The notes under the pieces: generated by a model
Seen by the model: only the letters and a program-made list of their open reading frames with translations
The model's database searches: none
What the model was told of the DNA's origin: nothing
Assembly: GCF_963921235.1 (NCBI RefSeq)
Contig: NC_086108.1
Coordinates: 18,414,001 to 18,478,000 of the forward strand
DNA length: 64,000 bases
Source of the DNA: Mobula hypostoma
Taxonomy: Eukaryota
Direction of reading: 5' to 3'
Position numbers and translations under genes: made by a program
In this document: one piece after another, positions 1 to 9,579 of the stretch
How the letters are laid out: every line of letters begins with the position of its first letter
Numbering within the stretch: the first letter of the stretch is position 1

Positions 1-1080
1 ACTCTCTGGCTTCTTCCATCGAGCCAATGTCTAATCCAATTTACCACCTCTCCATGTATACCTAGCGACTGAATTTTCCTAACTAACCTCCCATGCAGGA
101 CCTTGTCAAAGGCCTTACTGAAGTCCATGTAGACAATATCCACTGCCTTCCCTTCATCCACTTTCCCGGTAACCTCCTCGAAAAATTCCAATAGATTGGT
201 CAAACATGACCTACCACGTACAAAGCCATGTTGACTCTCCCTAATAAGTCCCTGTCTATCCAAATGCTTGTAGATTCCGTCCCTTAGTACTCCCTCCAAT
301 AACTTACCTACTACCGACGTTAAACTTACTGGCCTATAATTTCCCGGATTACTTTTCGATCCTCTTTTAAACAACGGAACAACATGAGCCAATCTCCAAT
401 CCTCCGGCACCTCACCTGTAGACAGCGACATTTTAAATATTTCAGCCAGGGCCCCTGCAATTTCAACACTAGTCTCCTTCAAGGTCCAAGGGAACACCCT
501 GTCAGGTCCCGGGGATTTATCCACTTTAATTTTCCTCAAGACAGCAAGGACCTCCTCCTTTTCAATCTGTACAGTTTCCATGATCTCACTACTTGTTTCC
601 CTTAATGCCATAGACTTCATGCCAATTTCCTTAGTAAATACAGATGCAAAAAACCTGTTTAAGATCTCCCCAATTTCCTTTGGTTCCGCACATAGCCAAC
701 CACTCTGATCTTCAAGAGGACCAATTTTATCCCTTACAATCCTTTTGCTCTTAATATACCTGTAAAAGCTCTTTGGATTATCCTTCACTTTGACTGCCAA
801 GGCAACCTCATGTCTTCTTTTAGCCCTCCTGATTTCTTTCTTAAGTATTTTCTTGCACTTCTTATACTCCTCAAGCACCTTATTTACTCCCTGCTTCCTA
901 TACACGTCATGCAACTCCCTCTTCTTCTTTATCAGAGTTGCAATATCCCTTGAGAACCAAGGTTCCTTATTCCTATTCACCTTGCCTTTAATCCTGACAG
1001 GAACATACAAATTCTGCACTCTCAAAATTTCTGCTTTGAAGGCTTCCCACCTACCGATCACATCCATGCCAGAGAACAAC
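1..1080 (-). mobile_element. CR1 LINE ORF2 fragment (linker + start of RT), 5'-truncated, runs off the window
   Basis: Near-identical to 61355-62430, which encodes CR1 ORF2 (PEDWR, NYRPVSLTS, QHGF, VYMDFSKAFDKVPH) on the minus strand; similarity stops at CCAGAGAACAAC (1080). Confidence 0.92.
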
Positions 1081-1147
1081 CATAAAAGATTGAAACATTC
1101 AAACATAAAAGATTTTAAAAGGGCTTGATAGGTTAGATGTGGAGATA

Positions 1148-2774
1148 CGGTGGCATGCAAAAGTTTGGGCACCTCTGGTCAAAATTTCCGTTACTGTGAA
1201 CAGTTAAGTGAGTAGAAGATGAACTGATCTCCAAAAGCCGTAAAGTTCAAGATGAAACATTCTTTCCAACATTTTAAGCAAGATTAGTGTGCTATTTTTG
1301 TTTTGTACAATTTTAGAGTGAAAAAAAGGAAAGGAGCACCATGCAAAAGTTTGGGCACCCTAAGAGATTTGAGCCCTCAGGTGACTTTTACCAAGGTCTC
1401 AGACCTTAATTAGCTTGTTAGGGCTATGGCTTGTTCACAGTCATCGTTGGGATAGGCCAGGTGATACAAATTTCAAAGCTTTTTAATACCCTCACTCCTC
1501 AAACCTTGTCTCAACAATCAGCAGCCATGGCATCCTCGAAGCAGTTGCTTAGCACTCTGAAAATTAAAATAAATGATGCCCACAAAGCAGGCGAAGGCTA
1601 TAAGAAGATAGCAAAGCATTTTCAGGTAGCGTTTTCCTCAGTTCATAATGTAATTAAGAAATTACATGGCAGTTAACAGCAATGGTGGAGGTCAAGTTGA
1701 GGTCTGGAAGACCAAGAAAACTTTCCAAGGTAACTGCTTGTAGGATTGCTAGAAAGGCAAATCAAAATCCCCGTTTGACTGCAAAAGACCTTCAGGAAGA
1801 TTTAGCAGACTCTGGAGTGATGGTGCACTGTTCTACTGTGCAGCAACACCGGCACAAATATGACCTTCATGGAAGAGTCATCAGAAGAAAACTTTTCCTG
1901 CATCTTCACCATAAAATTCAGCGTCAGAAGTTTGCAAAGGAACATCTAAACAACCCTGATGCATTTTGGAAACAAGTCCTGTGGACTGATGAAGTTAAAA
2001 TTGAACTTTCTGGCCACAATGAGCAAAAGTATGTCAGGAGCAAAAAGGGTGCAGAATTTCATGATAAAAACACCTCTCCAACTGTTAAGCACGGGGGTGA
2101 ATCAATCATGCTTTGGGCTTGTGTTGCAGCCAGTGGCACAGGGAACATTTCACTGGTAGAGGGAAGAATGAATTCAATTAATTACCAGCAAATTCTGGAA
2201 GCAAACATCACACTATCTGTAAAAAAACTGAAGATGAAAAGAGGATGGCTTCAACAACAGGATAATGATCCTAAACACACTTCAAAATCCACAATGGACT
2301 ACCTCAAGAGGCGCAAGCTGAAGGTTTTGCCATAGTTCTCACAATCCCCCGACCTAAACATCATCAAAAATCTGTGGATAGACCTCAAAAGAGCAGTGCA
2401 TGCAAGATGGCCCAAGAATCTCACAGAACTACAAGCCTTTTGCAAGGAAGAATGGGTGAAAATCCCCCAAACAAGAATTGAAAGACTCTTCACTGGCTAC
2501 AGAAAGCGTTTACAAGCTGTGATACTTGCCAAAGGGGGTGTCACTAAGTACTGACCATGCAGGGTGCTCAAACTTTTTCTTCAGGCCTTTTTCCTTTTTT
2601 TGTTATTTTGAAACTGTAAAAGATGGAAATAAAAGAGTACTCTTGCTTAAAATATTAAAGAAATGTGTCATCTTTAACTTTATACCTTTTGGAAATCAGG
2701 TCATCTTTTACTTGCTTAGCTATTCACAGTAACAGAAATTTTGACCGGGGTGCCAAAACTTTTGCATGCCACTC
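1148..2774 (+). mobile_element. Full-length Tc1-family DNA transposon, IR/DR type (about 1.63 kb)
   Basis: TA flanks at 1146-1147 and 2775-2776; about 210-bp imperfect TIRs starting GTGGCATGCAAAAGTTT(G/T)GGCACC; inner repeat of this motif at about 1340-1360 and about 2560-2577. Confidence 0.93.
1527..2554 (+). pseudogene. Tc1 DD34E transposase, disrupted
   Basis: MASSKQL...GEGYKKIAK HTH, GRPRK, WTDEVK, QQDNDPKH, SPDLNIIKNLW (catalytic E appears as K), ends KGGVTKY*; frameshift near 1665 and stop at 2333-2335. Confidence 0.9.
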
Positions 2775-2799
2775 TATCTTCAGTTGTGGAAAGTTGTAC

Positions 2800-3510
2800 A
2801 GTTTCTATCTCACTCTCGCCTTATGATCTCTCATACTCTCACTCTCGCTCTCCTCTCTTACTCTCTTTTTCTTTCTCCAACTCTCCTTTTTCTCCCTTTT
2901 TCTTTTTTTTGCTTTCTCCTACTCTTACTCACTCTCTCATTTTCTTCCTCCCTCTCTCCTCTCACTCTCTTTCTCCCGCTTTGTCCTCTGCTCTCATACT
3001 CTCTTTCTTCCTTCTCTCTCTCATCTCTGCTACACTCCCACGCACTATTCCTATTCTCTCCCACACTCTCTCCCCTTCTCCCTCAGTCTCTCCTCTCCTA
3101 CACTCACATTCTTCAACACTCCCTATTCCCTCCCATACTCTCTCTCTCCCCTTCTCCCTCACAGTCCTCTCTCTCCTACACACTTCAACACTCCCTATTC
3201 TCTCCCACACTCTCTCTCTCCCCTTCTCCCTCACAGTCCCCTCTTCTACACACTTCAACACTCCCTATTCTCTCCCACACTCTCTCTCTCCCTTTCTCCC
3301 TCACAGTCCTCTCTTTCCTGCACTCACACTCTTCAACACTCCCTATTCTCTTCAACACTCTCACTTTCTTCTTCCACACATACTATCCCTTCCCTTTCAC
3401 CTTCTTTCTCTCTTCTCTCCCAGATTCTTTCTATCTTCTCCTCCTCATCGTCTCTGTCTTCTTCCCCACACCCTCTATGTCCCTCGCTGTCCCTTTCCCA
3501 CACCACAGTA
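2800..3510. repeat. CT-rich low-complexity tract with about 70-bp imperfect tandem units
   Basis: Almost purely C/T/A; CTTCAACACTCCCTATTCTCTCCCACACTCTCTCTC recurs about 4-5 times between 3110 and 3360. Confidence 0.85.
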
Positions 3511-3627
3511 TTTCTAAGCTGGAGGGCAGAGCTGGCACCCTATAGAAGCACCACTTGTCATGTCTCCTGAACCGTGCCTGTCAGACGATTTGCCCGGATG
3601 CCACAAAGGAGCTTGCCGAGAGCTCAC

Positions 3628-3754
3628 TTGAAACAGCTGCGCTGCTGTGTGGCGGCAGGGGGTGGGACAGAGCTGACAGCAGGAAGGCGAGAGAAGCCAG
3701 ACTATTGAAGTGCCTCATCCGTGTCAGCCCCAGCGGGTGCAGGCTGAGCACCAT
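3628..3754 (-). CDS. Candidate first coding exon of an unidentified host gene (signal-peptide-like)
   Basis: ATG at 3754 gives MVLSLHPLGLTRMRHFNSLASLAFLLSALSHPLPPHSSAAVS, then donor CAA|GTGAGC in phase 1; non-repetitive GC-richer context. No homology recognised. Confidence 0.3.
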
Positions 3755-4287
3755 GTGGAAGGAGCAGGGAAGAGAGGGCAAGAGTGGACTAGAAATGTAA
3801 GGACAAAGCCTTGTTTCCAGGTGTTTTTGTTCTGATATGACCACTCCCTCCATTGCTTCACCCATCCTCTCCTCAACAAAGACTGAACACAGCAGCCCAC
3901 TCCTCCCACAGACCTCTCTGATCTTCACCCCCCTCCACCTTCCAGGCCATGCCAGCACTTTGCTGTATTGCTCGTGCTGCGTGGGCTTGCAAATTCACAG
4001 CGACAAGCTGTGTGGTGCTGGGGAAAATTGATAAGACAGAGACAGCTAGAGCCTGGTTCCAAAGAGGACAGCAATCGAATTGCATTTCTCAGATCACACA
4101 TCCCACCTCTCAGCGGGTGTGACAGCAAGCCGGAGGGAGTGTAGTCCACTCACACACACACTACACCAGGACAGGCCGGCTGAACCCATTACACACTACT
4201 CAAGTCCCCCTTGCCAGACATCGCTCAGGATCAAATTTTCTGTTTTGCTGGGAGATGTTGAAGAATTTTTTTATTAGGTACTCTCAC

Positions 4288-4507
4288 CATATTTAAAAAT
4301 ATATTTTAGAATAACATTTGCAAATTTGAGACCTTCCTCCTGATTCTTTGCAATTGTTTTCACATCCTTTGCCCTTGCCAAGCTGTCATGGTTTTTGTCT
4401 GAGAGGGCTGCCCCAAAGTCCTTCATCAGTTCCAACAAAGGGTTAAAGAATAATGGGATCTTGACATTCCCACAACCGCTTAGCACATACGGGCCACCAG
4501 AATGCAT
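4288..4507 (-). CDS. Candidate coding part of an exon (exon 4288-4650) of an unidentified host gene
   Basis: Acceptor TCAATCCTTTCAG| at 4651, ATG at 4507 in GCCATTATG context, 73 open codons (MHSGGPYV...KYIFKY), donor ATG|GTGAGA in phase 1. Confidence 0.35.
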
Positions 4508-5279
4508 AATGGCTGCCGGATGACTGGCGTGTTACTGGAGGTGGAGTGTGTGCAAATTAGAAATGATCAAGCATCTCCTTCGTTGATGAGGTTAACAATG
4601 AAGCGTGTGTTTGTCCACAGTAAGTGTTCAATGTGAAATTTGCATGGAACCTGAAAGGATTGAAGTTGGATTTTTAGAATGTCTCCAAGCAGAAGGGAAA
4701 GGGGAACATCAGAACATCCAGAGAGTGTTGAAGGCATGGCTGAAGTCGAGAGTAGAACCACAACAGAGATCCTGGGGACTTGTAGGCTTTGAGGAGGCAA
4801 TGGGTTCAGGTTGAAATACAATCCACTTTAACAGATGGAGAACTGAGGTGGAATCACAGCACTTTTTAAAGAGAAGATTATCTTATTACAACCACAAGAC
4901 ATAGATGTTTATTCCTGACTGGGTTGTAATGGCCATTGAGTCTTTTTTCTGCCTGTCACTTATCTGAATTTCCACTGACAGTCTCATGCAAAGGGAATTC
5001 TCTGTTTCAGAACTTACTTCAGAATGTGCTAAGAGTACCATGAGATATGATCTCACTGAACCAAGTTCTTCAGTCCACTGAGTCCATATCAACCACCAAG
5101 CTCCATTTACACTAAATCCTTCACTGATCCTGTTTTATTTTCCCACATTCCTGTCAACATCTCCCAAATTCCAGCACTCACTTACACCACTAGAATTCCC
5201 AACTACATCTCCCAGAACCTACTATTCACCAACACATCAGGGGCAATTTGCAGCAGCCAGTTATCCCACTCAAATCTGG

Positions 5280-5430
5280 GATGTGGAAGGAAACTGGAAT
5301 ACCTAGAAAAGTCCGGTGCAATCACAGGGAGAACATGTAAACTCCACATAGGCAGCACCAGAGATCAGGATTGAAACTGGGTCGCTGGTACTGTGAGGCA
5401 ACTGCTCTACTGACGTGCCACTGTACTGCC
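5280..5430 (-). mobile_element. tRNA-derived HE1/V-SINE-like SINE, diverged
   Basis: Minus strand CAGTGGCAC..GTAGAGCAGTTGCCTCACAG..GACCCAGTTTCAATCC..GTGGAGTTTACATGTTCTCCCTGTG, the tRNA head plus V-domain-like core; similar to 33586-33902. Confidence 0.7.
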
Positions 5431-6449
5431 CTGAGGTAAATGATTGTAAAGAATGGGTTATTTGATGCTTTTGGATCCCAAATTCATTCACTTTCCTTAC
5501 CCTGTGTTGGGGTCTGCCCTGATACTGTACCTGCTTATTATATTGATTAGTTAACAGTTCCAATATGGCGGTAGGATGTTGGGAGCAGAACAAAGCAAAC
5601 AATTTTTTGCTATTGCTATTATTATTCTCTTTAGGTTGGAGGAGCTTGACGTGAGCCATTTTTTTGACATGGCTGATTTGATCTATTTTCTCTATTGATG
5701 TTAATCTAGTTCCAAGGCATAGTCACTCATTAACTCCTACCCCCAGCATCTCTGTAGTTTGACTGAATTTAATCCATCTTCCTCTGTACATTAAACCCTC
5801 TTTTCAGCACCCTGTGTTATTGTGCATGTGTGTCTCTAGTGATCCACACACACAACTACTCATTCACGCTTTGCCAGCAGCCAGCAGTCTGTTACTGAAT
5901 GTGACCGCTGTCTCACAGTTATGACCAGAATGTGTGTGGTGTCAACTCAATACCTTTACTTCCATGCCTCTCTCCTTCATTCTCGTCCTCTCTACCTCCT
6001 TACATAGCTTCTCCCAGCCCCCACTTGCCCTGTTGACATCTCCTACTGTAGACACTGACAGTCAGGAGGGCAAGAAGATGTCATGGAGGCAAACACCCTT
6101 GTCGACCTATCGTATGGTATCACATCAGAAGCTAGTCAATAAGGTTGTACGAAAGCTTTTGTAGTGGAGTCCTGTCATGGTAAATGAAAGTCACAATAAT
6201 GACCAATATCAGGAGAGATCAATGAAATGTGTCTGAAAGAACCCATCCAGCATTTGTAGTTTCACTTAGTAATGAGCCGTCAAATCTCAGCTCACCAGGT
6301 CCTGCAGCACACATGCCTGTGCCAGCTTTCTGAAGGAGTTCGGAATTACTCCTTACTTTCTGCTCAATCCCCACTGCACTGATTGGTTTCCTCTCAGTCA
6401 CAGTTCCTCCTGTCACTCAAAACTATTCGGCTGTCAATTGCTATCAGTA

Positions 6450-6930
6450 TTGGTTTATTATTATCATGTACAATATAGCACGTTGCAATGAAAAACTCTG
6501 CATGCCATGCTGACAGATCATGCCATATATGATTAGATCAAGGCAGTAAAAAGAATGCAGAATGCAGAATATAGAGTTATTGCTGCTGAAAGAACGTAGT
6601 GCAGATAGACAAATAAAGTGCAGGGACCATAAAAAGCAAATTAGGAAGTCAAGAATTTGTCTTCAGCGTTGAGGAGTTTGATTGCAGCAGGATAGAAGCT
6701 GTCCTTCAGCCTGGTAGCATGTGTTCTCAAGCCTTTCACTATCTTCTTCCCAACAGGAGAGGGCAGATGAGAGAATGACCAGGGTGGAAGGGGTGGTGGG
6801 GGGGGGGGGGTCCATGACTAAGGCAGCAGAAATTGTAGACAGAGTCACTGGAGCAGGGACTGGTTTGAGTGATGGACTGGGCTGTGTTCACTGCTCCTTG
6901 CACTTTCTAGTGGTCTTGGGAAGATTCCCC
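6450..6930 (-). mobile_element. Rex1/Babar-like LINE 3' remnant
   Basis: Minus strand resembles the ...LPSGRRYRSL... C-terminal motif seen more clearly at 40081-40314 (LFSLLPSGRRYRS). Confidence 0.55.
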
Positions 6931-7699
6931 CATCCAAGGAAAAAGGCCCCTAGGTTCAAGGCCACTTAGCCCAGGGGAAGCACCCTCCCTGCTTCCAGTA
7001 TTCCCACCCCCTTCAGAATTGTATTGATTTCAATATGTTCCTCTCACATTCTCCTGAATGCTAATGAGACCATGCCCAGTCAACCTAACCTCTGCTCCTA
7101 CGACAGACACCCCACTCCTATTCCTGGAATCATTCTGGTGAAGGGCTAGGGCTCACAATTGATTTGAAATGCCTTTATTCAATTCAATTTTCTGATGAAG
7201 GGTCTCATTTTTTTATTTCTGTGCACCAGTACAAAGTGGATTCAGGTTGTCCCAATGGATGATATCCAGTCTTTTGAAAGTGGATGTGGGTAAGGCGTGA
7301 GGATGCTGGTCACCAGATCTCCTCCAGGCCACTGCTTGTAGCTCTGCCTGATGCCAATCATTGCGGAGTGAGGCATGGGGCAGGTACCTTGTATTTGGCT
7401 TGTGGTGGGCATACATCATCCCAATCGGGCCTGTAGATGTGACATGAATGGGTCCATTGGGTAAAGATGGCCAACACGATTTACACTTCAATGGAGTGGC
7501 TGGGATTTCAGTGCGCTCGTCTTATAGGGAGCACAGATTGAAGATACCTTCATTCTCCAACCCCCATGTGCTCTCAGCTCACCCATAAGGATATGAATGC
7601 AAATAGAACATAAATCTATTGTACCCAGCTTTGACCCTAACCAGAGGAAAGATAAAGAATGACTAAAACAGGTGGAATAGTGGGCAATAAAGAATGCTA

Positions 7700-8060
7700 T
7701 CAAAAATTACAGGAGGATCTTGATCAACTGAGCAGAGGGATAGCAAATGGAGTTTGATTCAAGTAAGTACAAGGTGTTGCATTTTGAAAAGTCAAATCAG
7801 AGTCACACTTTCATAGTGAGCAGTAAAACCCTGGGGAGTGTTGTAGGAACGGAGTGGGCTAGGAGTACAATAATGTGGTAATTATGTATAATTATGTTCC
7901 TGAAAGTGGTGTTACAGATAGACAGGATGGTGAAGAAATGAAATGTTTTGGAGAGATATGGGCCAAATGCATACAAATGGGATTGGATTGGATGGGAGTT
8001 TAGGTCGGCATGGGCCAGTTGGGCTGAAGGGCCTGTTTCCATACTGTATGACTATGGTAT
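7700..8060 (+). mobile_element. Old CR1 remnants (RT thumb + 3' tail)
   Basis: LQEDLDQL..QMEFDSSKYKVLHF-like coding remnant and GGGCTGAAGGGCCTGTTTCC tail. Confidence 0.65.
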
Positions 8061-8769
8061 GGGCCTTCATAGTATCTAACAGCCAGCTGGCAGTGCAGGA
8101 ATCCATTACCACTCAATTAATACAGGACAATGTAGCACGATATGAGATTTAAAAAAAGATGGATTTGCTTAGGAGGATTCACTCAGGTGGCCTAAACTCT
8201 TAATCAGAATGTGGGGAGTATAGGCCAGTATGGACCAATTCAATTTGGTCATGGCTGGTCTTTCTCTATGCATGTTCCTACACTGATCCCATAACTCTTC
8301 ATCCCCTTAATTCCTAACAATTTAGCCATTGCTAACACTCACACACAACAACTGAGTCTGCACAGCCCTTGTGTGTAAAGAATTCCAAAGGAAGTGGTGG
8401 TGAAGCTGTTTCCCTTCTCCTCTGTCATGAATGGCTAACCCTTTACATTGAGATCTTAGATGCACCAGTTAGGAGTAACATTTGGAGACCCGTAAGAATT
8501 CTGTGAATTCCAGTAACCTGAAAGAGTTTGGCCCAGTCTGCTTAATCTCTTTTCAGAAGTCAAAGCTTCCCTTCCAGGAGCCATACTTTAGAAATTTCTG
8601 CATTGCTGTTGTTGTGTTATTTTTGGGCCTGGTTATGTTCTTTTGAGCTTATTGAATGTTGGAGAAAAATACAACATTGTTCTAAGTTGATTACCTCTGC
8701 AAATTAATGGCTTGTATAGCTGGGATATTTGAAGTTGTCAGTTTCTATTCCACTGTTATGAGACTATTA

Positions 8770-9261
8770 CTCCACCTTTGGTCCCCACCTGGCACTTAGC
8801 TCTCACCTGTGGCTCCCCGTAGCTGTTTGCATGCGACAGCGGACACACCCCGGGCAACGGCTTCGACAAGCCGGCTAAACCAGGTGAGGATAGCCGACGG
8901 GTCTCAAACCCTCGGTGAGATAGGGAGTTGTCTGTCCCAGCATGTGAAGACATACTCCGGCGGATTGAGTGGACGAGACCAGCGGAAGGTCCAACTGTCA
9001 AGAAGGCGGTCTCTGCAAGCATCGTGGAACGTGTAGAGCAGGACAAGACACAGAAGACGTCCTGGTCATCCACTGCGCCTAGTCCCATCTCCAGCCGCCT
9101 AGACTCTGTCTTGCCACTGGATCCAGATGGGAATTGGGAAGAGAGAGTGAGGTTGATGCTGCGCAACTCTCCCTCACTTAAATCCAAATCAAGCGCTAGT
9201 CTCGACACCATCATTATGGTGTTGAGGTCCTCTTCGACATCAACAATGGACGAACAACAAC
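8770..9261 (+). mobile_element. Non-coding, non-autonomous retroposon (probably RTE-mobilised), 492 bp
   Basis: Perfect 12-bp TSD ATGAGACTATTA (8758-8769 / 9262-9273), (CAA)n tail, 11-bp 3' stem-loop 9201-9226, CpG-rich body, no tRNA A/B boxes seen. Confidence 0.85.
8802..8888 (+). ncRNA. HDV-like ribozyme core (P1 5' strand missing in this copy)
   Basis: P2 CTCACCTG/CAGGTGAG; P3 GGC/GAC; L3 TCCCCGT; 7-nt P1 3' strand ACACCCC; GGGCAAC junction; P4 CGGCTT-CGAC-AAGCCG; J4/2 G-C-T-A-A. Confidence 0.7.
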
Positions 9262-9579
9262 ATGAGACTATTAAATGGACCTCTTGTACAGTAAGATAGA
9301 CCTACTATTTCAATATAACTCATTATGGCTGTACACTTTATTGTCTGCTTGCACTGTATTTCATCTGTACCTGTAATACTATATTCTGCATTCTCTTGTT
9401 GTTTATCCCTTGTCCTACGTCAGTGTACTGATATCAGAGTTATAGAATCAGACAGTATGGAAACAAGCCCTTTGGCCCAATTGTCCCATGTGACCAAAAT
9501 TCCCATCTAAGCTAGTCACATTTGCCCAAATCCATCTAAACCTTTCCTATCGATGCACCCATCCACATACCCTTTAAAT

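Noticed and set aside
2741..3545. Two overlapping 258-259-aa ORFs rich in S/L/P/F
   Set aside because: Artefacts of a CT-rich tract that lacks stop codons.
8756..9299. 123-152-aa ORFs across the retroposon
   Set aside because: No recognisable domain; they cross the TSD boundaries and are expected by chance in GC-rich sequence.
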